A DNA stretch of 63,908 bases, filler included, from Lenisia limosa (lineage: Eukaryota; Protista; Breviatea): assembly GCA_001655205.1 (NCBI GenBank). It is 10 parts of 10 records of this genome, joined end to end, with 100 filler letters (N's around TTAATTAATTAA, not from the genome) between each part and the next. Parts side by side here need not be neighbours in the genome. Positions count along the whole stretch, not along the records: positions 35,942 to 39,356 come from LPNZ01005076.1; positions 39,457 to 40,841 come from LPNZ01009636.1; positions 40,942 to 50,060 come from LPNZ01008932.1; 7 more parts are not named here. One strand, given 5' to 3'. A program made the translations under genes and the position numbers. Below, in pieces: positions 35,942 to 48,029 of the stretch (its first letter is position 1; each line of letters begins with the position of its first letter). The notes below the pieces were generated by a model. That model was not told where the DNA came from. It did no database searches and was given only the letters and a program-made list of their open reading frames with translations.

Positions 35942-38900
35942 ACCCCGTCGCCCCCCTGTTCCCTCAGCTCGCCGCAAAAACGTCTATTCTGACGAGAGCG
36001 ATGGTGACTACGAGGACCCTGTTCTTGAGGATGATGATGACGATGATGATGCTGTCGTAAGTGGGATTGAGGAGGATGATGACGATGATGATTTTGATGG
36101 TGATCTTGATAATAATAATAATAATAATGATATGACGTTATTATTATTGTTATTTTTGGTGATGATGATGTTGATTATTTGTATCCATTATGATGAAATT
36201 CGTTAACACAGATTTTTACCATGGATTTAGGAGGGAAATGAGGAAGATGATTCATTTGATGATGAATTTGAAGGTAAGCGGGGATTTATTGTCAGGACTC
36301 CTGCAATTATTCCTTTAAGGAATTAGCGTGAAGATGCAGCCCGATTCCACTTATCTCTACCTATGCATATGACATGTTTTAAAAGTCTTAAAACCACACA
36401 TGCTCCTCCAAAATCCATATTAAACCGGTGTTAAAGTAGTTCATCTTATTACACTGTCAAACCAAACCTGTGACACACCATTTCACCCATGTATACCTAT
36501 CTAACACGGCCATTAACCTCTGTCTCGCCAAATATGTTAATATGCACACTTGCCTCTAGCAAATTATGTAACTTCATATGTACTTGCCTCATGAAAATCT
36601 AAATTACCAATCCTGTTTGACACGTTTAGGAACCTATTCATTCCATGCTTAATGTTTATAAACCTACTGGTTTCATGCTTAATTAATACAATGTTTATAA
36701 ACTTACTTGTTCCATTCTAAATATATCTAGAAACCTACTCAGTGGAGATGGAGGACACAACTGCAAGCCAGGAGGACGAGGTAAGAAATCGTATAAATGT
36801 TATAATCTAATATTGGAAAGTTGTGAAAGCCCCACCCCATCCCCTCCAATCGGATTTTTGTATTTCTCTTTTCAATATATAACCCACAAACCTAACCATC
36901 CAGTTGGTGGTGGAGAGAATCCTTGACGCCAGACCCATTCAAACTGAAGACCGCGAGAAGACACCTCCCCCTCAGACGGCCGGTGAGGGGAACATGGGTG
37001 TTATTGGGCTGTTTTGTGTGTTATTAATTTTGGCTTTTTTGTGTCATTATTTCTCAAGATGGGAAGTGGGGCTGCAGAAGCGACTTGTTTGTTTCGTTGT
37101 TATCAACCCTTGTGTGTTGTCAGCCAACATATTTGATTTGGGCTTTTTTTTTTGTGTAAATAATTCTCAAATTTTACCCCCCCCCCCCCNNNNNNNNNNN
37201 NNNNNNNNNNNNNNNNNNNNNNNNNNNNNNNNNNNNNNNNNNNNNNNNNNNNNNNNNNNNNNNNNNNNNNNNNNNNNNNNNNNNNNNNNNNNNNNNNNNN
37301 NNNNNNNNNNNNNNNNNNNNCATCCACCGAGTATCTGGTCAAGTACAAGGTATGGGGAGTTTTGTTAGTGTTTCATTTCGGATCGAAACAAAACAGGAAA
37401 ATATCGATAGTTTTCGAGGATTTATCGAGAAATGCAGTCTTTTTGAACCGAAGCGAAGCCCTATTTATTGTTAGTTGAAGGGGAGAGGGGAGGTAGTTTA
37501 TTTAGCATAGTTAGGGCTTCACTTCGGTTTGAAACAAAGACAGGATTTCTTGGAAAATTTTCCAAAACTATCGATATTTCCTGGTTTTTTTCGAACCGAA
37601 GTTCATGTAGGTGTCGGGGTTGTGGTGCTAGATTCATAAACTCCTCACCTCCCATTCCCACCTCCTATTACCCCGTACGTTGTTGTATTGATGGGATGTG
37701 GAGCAGCAAGAGAGTATTTTGGCTTTTTTGATTCATAAAGTTACCAATTTTACCCCCCCCCCCCCAAGNNNNNNNNNNNNNNNNNNNNNNNNNNNNNNNN
37801 NNNNNNNNNNNNNNNNNNNNNNNNNNNNNGAACCAGGATCCGATAGCAGTCAAAAGAATGCAGAAGTATCATTTGGTGGGCTGGAATTCTTCATATTCTT
37901 GTTCTTGTTATTGTCATTGTTCTTGTTCTCCTTCCCCTCCTCTTTTATTGCTGCTGCTGCTGCTCCTGCTGCTGCTGCTGCTGCTTCTTCTTCTTTGGTC
38001 TACATCGTGAATAGTATATTCATGTTAGCGAAGCTATTTTTTTTCTCATTTCTACTAACAACGATAATTTCCAAAATAAAAAAAAGAATCTTAAGTGCAG
38101 CAGTGTGTTTAATGATAGTTTTATTTCAGTAAAAGAAGAACGTAAACAATTGTAATGTCGTAAATAGGTTAAGAGACTAGTTCAGTTCATGGGATTTTGA
38201 TTGACACAATAAAGCTATAATTCCTCTTTTGTTTTTTGAGCCCCACCCTCCTCATCCCAGGTCAATTCCTAAACTTGGCTCTTTATGTTTCTTCAATATA
38301 CAATAGGGCTCATGAAGGGTAGGTGTTCTGGGGTTTTCAAGCCCTAAACACAATCGTCTGAGATGGTTGTCCTCCTGACACTGCAATCCCCGTTCCCAAA
38401 TATACCAGATTCACAATCTCCATAATACTCATCTGGAATAAGAAATGGGTATTGAAAGGTTTTCTCAATCAGACAATAAATAATCCGTCTCTTACACTTT
38501 CACACACGATACACGATACTCCCACTTACCTAAAATGTTAGAGGAATACGAGAAATTCAAAATAATTACATATTTTGAGATAGTAACATTTACCTCAAAC
38601 AACTGTGAAATAAAAATGATGATACGAAATAATTCCATTTTCATAAATCCTAATTATTTGTAGACTGGCAACCCCGATCGTCTTGATGACCTTACTCCCT
38701 TTCCCCCAGAATGGGCCATGATAGAGCGGGTTTTGGACGAAGCGATGGTAGTCGGCTTGATGCTGTTGTTGTTGTTGATGATGATTGATGTCATGGAGAA
38801 AACTAGTCATGGACTTAACTTCATAATGTCGGTTATAAAACTAAATCATATCAGGCATAAAATAATAAATAACGTATTTTACCCCCCCCCCCCCTCGCGC

Positions 38901-39190
38901 AGTCAGACGGAAAACATCTGGTGTTTGTGAAGTGGTGCGGCCTGCCTCATGACTTGTCAACCTGGGAAGAAAAGGATTCTATGGAGGTAAGGGGCATTCT
39001 TTAGGGTTGTTGATGATGATGATGAGGGAGATAATTAATCTCACGATGTTTGGTGAGGGGGGGCTGGTTAGAATGTTTAAATGAGTTTTTATTGCATTTT
39101 TTTTTTCTTCGGTTTTTTTTTTGTGTTAACTCTTTTTAGAATATGGAAATTTACGATCAATTCAGAGCCCTTAACAAGAAGCCAAAACTG
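35942..39190 (+). CDS. Tandem-chromodomain protein fragment, likely N-terminal part of a CHD chromatin remodeller
   Basis: Acidic N-terminal exons; chromo 1 VVERILDAR...EYLVKYK; chromo 2 FPPEWAMIERVLDE...HLVFVKWCGLPHDLSTWEE. No SNF2 ATPase exons on this contig, so the CHD assignment is inference. Confidence 0.72.
37070..37150 (+). repeat. Intronic dispersed repeat family B, copy 4
   Basis: gcagaagcgacttgtttg...gttatcaacccttgtgtgttgtcagccaacatatttgatttgggctttttt. Confidence 0.8.
37367..37462. mobile_element. MITE family A (CTTCACTTCGG subfamily), intronic
   Basis: agtgtttcatttcggatcg...gaaccgaagcgaagccct with the family's tatcgata core. Confidence 0.8.
37513..37604. mobile_element. MITE family A (CTTCACTTCGG subfamily), second adjacent copy
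   Basis: agggcttcacttcggtttg...ttcgaaccgaagttca; right TIR truncated. Confidence 0.75.
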
Positions 39191-39456
39191 AGTATGGGGT
39201 GCAGCAGTGATATTCTTCACTGATCGTGATAAGTCCTGACACGGTTATTGAACTTTTTTTTTAGTCAATCGTGTCAGGACTTATCGAAGTCATAACATCA
39301 TATTAAATTCAAAAAAAAAAAAAAAATAATCCTTAGTAATGACAACAAATTACCGANNNNNNNNNNNNNNNNNNNNNNNNNNNNNNNNNNNNNNNNNNNN
39401 TTAATTAATTAANNNNNNNNNNNNNNNNNNNNNNNNNNNNNNNNNNNNNNNNNNNN

Positions 39457-40841
39457 CTGCAATATCCTGGGGGATGTCATGTGCCTCTAGGTGGAAGTTC
39501 GCGTCAAGGGTCACGAGAATGGGGCTGGGGGGGGGGTGACTCTCATGCAACACCTATATGATATATCGATATAATCTAAACAATGTACAAAGGAAAATAA
39601 AAAGCAAGTTGACCAAAGCCATCCACACCTTCGGTTCAAAAAAAAAGAAGACTGAATTTCTCGATAAATCCCCGAAAAATATCGATAATTTCCCCAGACT
39701 TTTTCGAACCGAAGTGAAACCCTACGTCTTGACCTCATCATACCTTTCCCCCGCCTCGTGGAAGCCAACATCGACAATAGGGGCGCTATAGTCCAAACTG
39801 CCTGCAAAAACGGGTGTCGGATTGTCCTGCAAGGTGTAAAATTTGGAAATTAAACCAAAAATCAACTCTGTTGGCTGATAACATACGAGGGNNNNNNNNN
39901 NNNNNNNNNNNNNNNNNNNNNNNNNNNNNNNNNNNNNNNNNNNNNNNNNNNNNNNNNNNNNNNNNNNNNNNNNNNNNNNNNNNNNNNNNNNNNNNNNNNN
40001 NNNNNNNNNNNTAACAAAAACCACACAAAGAGAAAAACCCGATAAGAAAAGCCTAGACCAGTATTAAAGTAGGATGCCAACCCAGAAAAGGGCTCGGATT
40101 AACCACAAATTGAGCCAAACCGAGCATAATCTGTGTGATTTTACTATTACAAAAGCAGTTGATTTGGAAACAAGATAGCATACTGACCAAAATCTTCGTT
40201 AAATTCTAGTGAAACGTAGTTGAAAGATGAGCGGAAACATTTTGTTCGGATATCCGTGACAATTATCTGGATTGGCACCCAGCTTTAATGTCACTCTCGC
40301 TAAATAATACCATCCCCATTATACCTTCTTGGGCAAAGCGGCCCATATTTGGGCTTTTGGCTCAACTGAGTCGGATGAAACAACTGCGTCTAAAACACTG
40401 CTGCAACTGGAGGTGGCGGTCAAATGAATGAAAATTATGAAACAAAAAAAAGCCCAAAATCAACTCTGTTGGCTGATAACTGGGGGTGGCGGTAAAACGA
40501 AGGAAATTTCGATGAAGAATTTGTGTAAAGCCTATAAAATTGCACCTGTCTCATCTCGAGAGTTGATTTTTTGAAAGTAATATCCATTACCATGCACCCT
40601 CAAAATATGAGCAGCAAAGTTTATTTGAGGTTTTTTCTTCTTTTTCCATTATTACTTTATTCTTCATCGAAATTTCCTTCATTTTACTTTAGCATTGGTT
40701 GCTCTTTTTAGTTATTGTTTTTTTTTGTGATGCTTCCCCGAAAATATGGTCCTAATGTGTATTTGCAATCCCCCACCATATTCTGAGAGCCGCGTGTTCC
40801 AATGAATACTCAGCAATATGATCGGAAGTTGTGGTTGTGTC
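39457..40841 (-). CDS. Internal fragment of an unknown multi-exon gene
   Basis: GT-AG exons LQQCLDAVVSSDSVEPKAQIWAALPKK, ARVTLKLGANPDNCHGYPNKMFPLIFQL, DNPTPVFAGSLDYSAPIVDVGFHEAGERYDEVK; both ends at contig joins. Confidence 0.5.
39625..39723. mobile_element. MITE family A, abutting a splice donor
   Basis: cttcggttcaaaa...ttcgaaccgaagtgaaaccct; on the minus strand the intron starts gt-agggtttcacttcgg. Confidence 0.75.
39851..39891 (-). repeat. Intronic dispersed repeat family B, copy 5 (cut by gap)
   Basis: Minus strand ccctcgtatgttatcagccaacagagttgattttt. Confidence 0.75.
40441..40480 (-). repeat. Intronic dispersed repeat family B, copy 6 (3' half)
   Basis: Minus strand gttatcagccaacagagttgattttgggctttttttgtt. 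Confidence 0.75.
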
Positions 40842-40941
40842 NNNNNNNNNNNNNNNNNNNNNNNNNNNNNNNNNNNNNNNNNNNNTTAATTAATTAANNN
40901 NNNNNNNNNNNNNNNNNNNNNNNNNNNNNNNNNNNNNNNNN

Positions 40942-42741
40942 AGCCCTGGTTCTTTCCGGCCCGACAACTGACGAGGCTGATGGACCGGTTGTGGCCACTC
41001 TGCAGAACATCCTCAAAGTGGGTTCAAGGACCACGAAATGATGTATTACTAGGGCTTCCCTACGGTCCCAAAAAAGACTGAATGTCTCGATAAATTTTCG
41101 ATAAATATCGATATTTTGACGGTTTTTTCGGGCCGTAGGGAAGCCCTATGTATTACTCAGGCAAAAAGAACTGTGATGTGGCTTCACAAGCTCAAATAGT
41201 GTCATCCGAGAGAAGATAAATCTATCTACTCTGAGAAATAAGAGATGGCGTATTCTACTATGGCCGATCTAACGATCAAGGATCTTGGCTTCCAGGGTGT
41301 CTATCGTCTGTTGGGAGTCCGCTCTACGATCGGATCCGCCCGATACGTCGCGCCGCCGGGGTAAGGGGGTAGCTCAATTGTGATCAAGAAATATTCCAAT
41401 TTCGATGATCGATGAAGAACATGGTCCAATTTCGATGAAGAATGTTGGCATGTCCCAAATAAAAATCTACCAGCCCACCCTGTCTCAAAATAAGGACTTC
41501 TTCGTATTGATATGATATACTAAATGATGATATTACTCTATTACCCAACCTGGTGCGGGAGCTTTCTAGAGTAAGGTTATCAATAGCTTTATAAAGCCTT
41601 ATCAGATGGCTCATATTACCCTAGTCGATATTGAGGTGGTTCATTCCTTTTTATATATTTTGTAACATTTGAAAAAAAATTGTAACCCACATAGCCGTGT
41701 TGCCTTGCACGACTCCTTCACACAGAGATACGACAGCAAGGCTCAGATCTCTTGCGGGGCAAGAGCCTTGGCTAAGCACTTTCACAGAGACTCTGTAAGC
41801 TTGGACTTGCGCAAAATGACCTGAAATAACGAAAGGGCTTTTACGGGGATTCTATTTTATTAGTATCATGTTTACTATGAGTTTTTCTGCAAAAAAAACG
41901 ATAAATTGACCTTTCAGACGGGATGGTGGGGAAGCTCTACCGGTACCGAAGCCAGTAAAAACGCCCATGCTGAGTCCAAACTAGAGGTGCTTGGATTCAC
42001 TTTCACACTATGGAAGGGGCAAATGGACAATGAGGCTTGATACTACAGTGTGAAATGACGTTTTTATAACTTTCTCTTTCAAATCGTTTTTACCGTTTAC
42101 TGTTTTAGACCATTTTGAGTAATGCGGCTTGGGTCAATGTTCACGCCTTGCCTGTATGCTGGGAAGACTTTTTCTGTACCCGTTGTCCAAACTCTTCGTT
42201 TCAGTACCCTTGTACAAACTCTTCGTTTTATTATTCTTTTGCTTTTAACAAAGAGCCCCCCTTCTCTCTTCTCACTATTTACCTTCACAGCACTCCATTT
42301 TTGTTGTTGAAGTCCGAGTGCCTGAGGGCTATGGGTGCAGATGGAAGGTGCAGAATGAGCCTCAATTCCTGTAGGGGAGGGGGGGGACCAATTGCTTTGG
42401 ATTAGTATCCAGTCTGTAGTGTTATGCCTCGAAATTAGAGTGATTTTTACTTATTGTTGGAGCCCCAATTCCTGTAGTGAGGGGGGGGGGTGAGCACTTG
42501 AGTTTTGAGAACATAAAAGCTGCTATTTGTTAAAGGCCCTTGGATAAAAATTTCGGTTGAGGTAATTATGTGCTTCTCCAGTGGGGGGGGGGGGGNNNNN
42601 NNNNNNNNNNNNNNNNNNNNNNNNNNNNNNNNNNNNNNNNNNNNNNNNNNNNNNNNNNNNNNNNNNNNNNNNGACTAACTGTTTAGGGGATTCTTGGAGC
42701 CCCAATCTGCCAACGGGTTTGAAAATAAGTTCAGACATTAA
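40942..42741 (+). CDS. Homolog of the C-terminal domain of the plant 'RNA-binding ASCH domain' uncharacterised protein family; 5'-truncated
   Basis: Spliced peptide DLGFQGVYRLLGVRSTIGSARYVAPPGRVALHDSF...SCGARALAKHFHRDSTGWWGSSTGTEASKN...TILSNAAWVNVHALP-HSIFVVEVRVPEGYGCRW...GFLEPQSANGFENKFRH*. From memory this matches the plant family pattern (GARALAKH, W.NVH, EIRV..GYGARW, GFLEP); needs a database check. Confidence 0.75.
41051..41147. mobile_element. MITE family A, best-preserved copy (97 bp) with perfect 10-bp TSD; Mutator-like
   Basis: Perfect 15-bp TIR agggcttccctacgg / ccgtagggaagccct; direct repeat ATGTATTACT at 41041-41050 and 41148-41157. Confidence 0.92.
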
Positions 42742-42884
42742 TCTTGTTTTGTAGAGTAGCATTTTTTATTTTGTTGTTTTTTAATTTATTTATATGTTTC
42801 GTTTTTCATAACTGCCAACCCAATCAAATTCTAATCTACATCAATTAAATACTCTACGAAATAACATCAGTTACACTTGTATCA

Positions 42885-45800
42885 CTAATTCGGGTTGGAA
42901 GGTCGTGGTTGCCGTGAGAAGTTGGCGGGGGATTGTGCGTATTGTTGTGGAGGGGGCTGAAGGGTGAATTGGGTCTATCTTAAAATGGACTTGAAAACTC
43001 TTTCAACCAACTTGGACAAATTGCTGCTGATTTTGGAATGCCTGCTGCTGGAACTGCTGAGGCTGATACTGCATTTGATTTTCTTGGAAGTGAGGGAGCT
43101 GTTGCTGTTGAAGGAACTGAGGGCTGTTGTACTGATACTGGGGGTTGAATGGTTGCTGCGGGTGGTTGTGCTGCGAGGGGCCTTGATTGGAGTGGTATGG
43201 TGACTGTTGAGGAGGGTTGTACTGTTGGTTTGGGGTGTGCGGAGTTGAAGGATGATGCTGGGATTGTTTTTGTACCTGAATCCGTGGGGCATGGTTTTGG
43301 ATGTTTTGAGGGGCAGGGATGCTTTGACGAGACATTGGAGTATGAGGAGGGATTGCGGACGGAGGTGACGGTTGTGGCTTCTTTTGAAGGTCAATTTTGA
43401 AAAGAAGAGGGAACGACACATTTAATTAAAACTTCAGAAATTAGAAAAAGATGTGTGGCCGCCCACGTTATCACAGCTATCAGAGACCACATCATATGGA
43501 TTATATGAATATTTCACGAAAGAACCTCTTATTCAGCTCTACAACAGTCATATTACTGCTAGTTTTGGGATATATGAACCCAATACTACCATCCTTCTTA
43601 TAATACTATTTTACCAGAATATGAGCTGTGCTGGGAGGGGAGGGTGGGAGATGCTTTTAAACAGATATCTTCTGAAATGAGCATTCTTCCTGCAAACCTG
43701 AGGGGAATACTGGGGTGGCGAGGAATCCATAGGTCTTTTGAGCGATTTGTCTGCAGCCTTTTTGATAAGAAAAACAGAATAGGAAGCAACTTTGTGCGAA
43801 ATGAAATAATACGAGGGTATACGCTTATACCATTCACTGAAAAAATAAAACAACGTGGGCCGTCTTCAAATAAGAGTACAAGATCGCAAGGATCCAAATG
43901 ATATTAGAATTAAGTCCGCTCAAGAGGTTCTGCTGGGCTTTGTGCTACTGGGTACACAACAGTTTCAAGAGCCACACACTCCGACCATCCCTATGTATAT
44001 TTCTTTACACCAAGAAAAGAATCGTTTACTTCCACAACCTACATGCTGGAGCGCTGAGACCGAGCGAATCCCTGCTTTCACCACCTGCATTTCAATCAAA
44101 TTATGTACTCTGCGATAAAACATTCCATTCCATATAAAAACTTCTTTTTGTGAAATTAATTTATGAATTCAAAAGAAGCAACTAGGAAACTTGGCAAATA
44201 TTCTTTTTCCAAAGTTCCAACATAATCAGGATAGAAATCGCAATCCTGCCAACCTCATAATCGCAATCCTACCAACCTCATAATCCCAATCCTACCAACC
44301 TCATAAGGAGCAGACTGTTCGGGGAGGTACGAGGACTGGGGAGTCAAGGATAAAGAGTTGAATGGTGAGTGTCTATATAATATACAGATCATATTTATCA
44401 TATCATATACTATATGTTGTCTCTGAAATAATATCATTATATGATATCATTGTGGTTAACTACATCAATTGGTGTTTATTACGTCAAGATTTAGCCCTAC
44501 CCATCACGTATCATATATACATGTACGTCAAGGCAAAAAATGCCCTATGCCACATGTATAATAACATGACTCTTAGAAGATACTAATACTATGTGCTCTT
44601 AACTTATATCTTGAAATAATTGTCACTTGAAATAGCTCCAGCTGGCTGATATGTGAAATTATCCAACTCGTAATAAATGCTCCTCATACCCAGTGCCCAT
44701 TTCAGCCTACCTTTTCCACATAAGCGAACCTCACGTCGCTCCGCCAATGCAACAGTAAACGATGCGTTGCGGTGTGTTGCCACGTTTCGCCTGTGTAGGC
44801 AAGTTAGATTACGCAAACGAAAACGATAAAACACAGGAGCGTGGGAATAAAAATGATGATAAAAAGAGGAACCTAAAACAAAAATATGATCAAAAAAAGA
44901 AGCCCCACCCCACCTAAAGCGGGGGCCAGGAAAGAGGAGGAGTCCTTGATTTTCGTTGTCACCTGGTTGATTACCACCACCTAAAGCGTCACCAATGAAG
45001 GGCTTCCAATAGTACAAAATATCCATGAAATCGACTTTTATCGAATTGATTTTTTTCAGAACTGGAGTGAGGCACAGACAATTTGTGAGGGTAATAAACT
45101 GGTACAACCCCAGCTAAAGAGATAAACTGTATTTTTAAATACACTCCAAGATAAGGACTGGGTTAAAAACGCTACAACAAATCCCTGCAATTGAACTTCA
45201 AGTTCATCCCCCATACTGCGAGTCCATTATTGATCGCCAGGTTGGACAAATGCAGAGCCTGAAATATTATTCTGATTACTTGCGATTTATTTCAACGTAG
45301 GAATCCACTCTGCTGAGAGATTGCCTTCAAATATAGTATTTTTCTGTATATCATATGTAGTAGATTAGTAATATCCTTCTTCTTTCAGAGCAAGAAAACA
45401 CTAATGATATTAAACAAAATCTAGTAGCTGTATTCGTTGGAATCATACTTACATGTTCAGCAAGCAGGCGGGCTCTTTGCGAAATATTTTCTCCAAACGC
45501 GTGGCGGAAGTGAAAGGCCACACTGTCAACAATGACTAGTTTGATCTAGACAATCAACTTCTTCTAAAACAAGGCTCCAATCCTCTCGAGAGAAAATGGC
45601 CAATCTCGTACTTTTGGATGGTTTCGACAGAGAATGGGAATCTGCCGTACAGCTGCAATCTGAATCGTTAACACTCGCCTGTGAGATAATTCATGGTTAA
45701 AGATATCATCTTGAATTGAGAACAGTAAAAGATTAAGAGTGTATCACTCCGAAGCTGTCGATTATTCACAGGTAAACAAAAGAAAAGAGAGTATGATATT

Positions 45801-47682
45801 GAAAATGCATGGCGCTAACCTGTTCAGATAACTCCTTGCATCGAATGAAGTGGATCTTTGACAAGATCATTTGGGGGCTCATGGATTTAATAGCGTCTAA
45901 ATGTCATGAAATCATCTTTTCCATTGACGCTTTTTGGTATTTGAAAAGTAGAGCATTCCTTCTATCCCATGCATGCCTTTCGTTAATATATAAAAAAAAT
46001 GCCTTGGAAGATGCCCACCTGTAAACTCCTGAGCCGGGTTTTCACGGTTTATTTCAGATAGATGGTCGATCATTGCCTTTGCCATATCATGTGCTCGGGA
46101 AGGCACAAAAGACCCTTCCGTATCTAAAATATCAATATGACCAGTTATGAAATTCTCTATAACATATCATACGTTTCCGTAATCTCTCCAGTGACTCATA
46201 GAATATCCCATAAGTTATGTATATTCTTGTACCAAAAAGGCGCAACGCACCGATGATGACAGCCTCGCCCTCAACACCGTCAAAGGCCTTGGGAAGCTGC
46301 ACGTTACATGCGAGCTGGATCCTGGACCATGAAACAAAAAATGTGGGTAAATCTATATCTGTTTCTGCATCTAGAACTTCCTAACAACCCCCCAAAAAGA
46401 CAAACAATAAATCCCCATTAAACACTAACTCCCCTTTGCGGTTATTCGAAAGCTCTCGCTACTGCCCCTCCAACCCTAGCTGTGTCTTGCCAACACCCGA
46501 TTCGCCGCAAAACTCTGTGACCTCCCCAAGATGTACGCCGCCGCCAAGGATGTGGTCCAAGTCGGCGCTGAAGGTCGGGATTGGCCGNNNNNNNNNNNNN
46601 NNNNNNNNNNNNNNNNNNNNNNNNNNNNNNNNNNNNNNNNNNNNNNNNNNNNNNNNNNNNNNNNNNNNNNNNNAATCATATACATACATATTGTAACTGT
46701 ATACATATCGATATAGTATATGACAATCTTTTGAAGTTTAAGAAAGCGGGACAATAACCAGTGTAAAGCCCACGTGGTATGCAGCAAGAAGCTCGTAAGC
46801 AGTTTTGCCGTCTGATGCCGTGCCTGTCAAGTCAGATTTAAGAAGACGGGTGGGGGATACAGCCTTTCACCAAAAAAGAGTTCAAGATTATCATAAGATA
46901 ACCTCCAAGAGAACCGGCGCTTGAAGCTGAACACCTTCAGTGCATATGTCGACTAATTCAGCATACTGGGAGGTTTATCAAGGGATATTGACGCCTGGAT
47001 ATCTGAAGAGGAGCTTCGGAGAGTCTTCACCACTTCCAGTGCCTCTTTCGGCGTGATTGATGCTTCTAGAACGATAAAAAGTGATTCATGTTTCATCATC
47101 AGGAGCAAAGAATAACACGGAGAGGTCAAGAAAGTAGAGGTTTACCTGAGGCGATTTCTGAGCATTTCAATCCTTCAAGGTCACTCACTTTACGAAACCC
47201 TGGGTGTTTAGAGGAATGTGGGGGGAAAATTGGGTAAAAATGTGGTGTTGGAAGATCGTTTGTTAATACTGCATATGTTGAGTATGGTAAATAGAATTTG
47301 AGGGTAACTCAAAAGGGGAAGAGGTAGAGTAAAGAATACGCACTTCACCAGTAGAAATTACTGGAATACTCAAATGTAACAGAAAAGGTTGAAGAGCTAC
47401 CAAAAGATAAAAAAAAACAGATAAGAAAGCCAAGTTGACAGTTCGACAACAGATACATTCCTTAATAACAAGCCATCTTATACTAAAGTTGGTGAGATTG
47501 TAGTAAACTTATTAATGTATTTCTATATTATCTAGTATTGTGTTCATTCCCCGCCCCATACCAGCAGCAAGAAGAGCCTTCAGAGATGATGGAGCTAGTG
47601 CAAAACTAGAGATCTCTCGGTTTGAAGATGTGAACACCACAGATGACTCTGTGGCCTCTGAAAACTTTGTTTTAGATATCAT
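42885..47682 (-). CDS. RAD51C: RAD51 paralog C with a long Q/P/N-rich C-terminal extension
   Basis: [70 protein letters not shown] (Walker A), [41 protein letters not shown] (Walker B), [32 protein letters not shown]; the layout matches RAD51C. Confidence 0.88.
44238..44310. repeat. 23-bp tandem repeat x3 containing a 5' splice site
   Basis: Minus strand ttatgag|gttggtaggattg(g/c)ga repeated. Confidence 0.85.
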
Positions 47683-48029
47683 GGTAACCTTGTAGATAGA
47701 CTACATGATATACTCTGTGAAAGAAAAGGTGAACTGTGGAGATAGAAAAGTGTGTCAGCTAAGAGCGAAGCCGGTTTTTAACTTAATCTATATCTATCTG
47801 TGTACTATATCAAAATACAAGTCCTTTGCAATAAAAGAGGGTCTCAAATACGCAAACAGCGTTACAATCAAGAGAGAATATAAACACTCCATGAAAACGC
47901 ACCCAGTAACAAATATTAACTTTAACATGGTTTAGAGGATAGATAGTGATTGATAGATTAAGTTGTGTCAATATAGATGAACTAAATAAAGAAAGAAAAC
48001 CAACGAAACTCTTCAATTAGTCTTCACTG
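47683..48029. promoter_or_regulatory. Probable bidirectional promoter between RAD51C and Rab18
   Basis: ~350-bp AT-rich interval between divergent ATGs. Confidence 0.5.

Noticed and set aside
38200-38460. Possible nested minus-strand exons (DEYYGDCES-VSGGQPSQTIVFRA*) within the chromodomain gene
   Set aside because: No start or upstream exons could be linked, and plus-strand readings are equally plausible.
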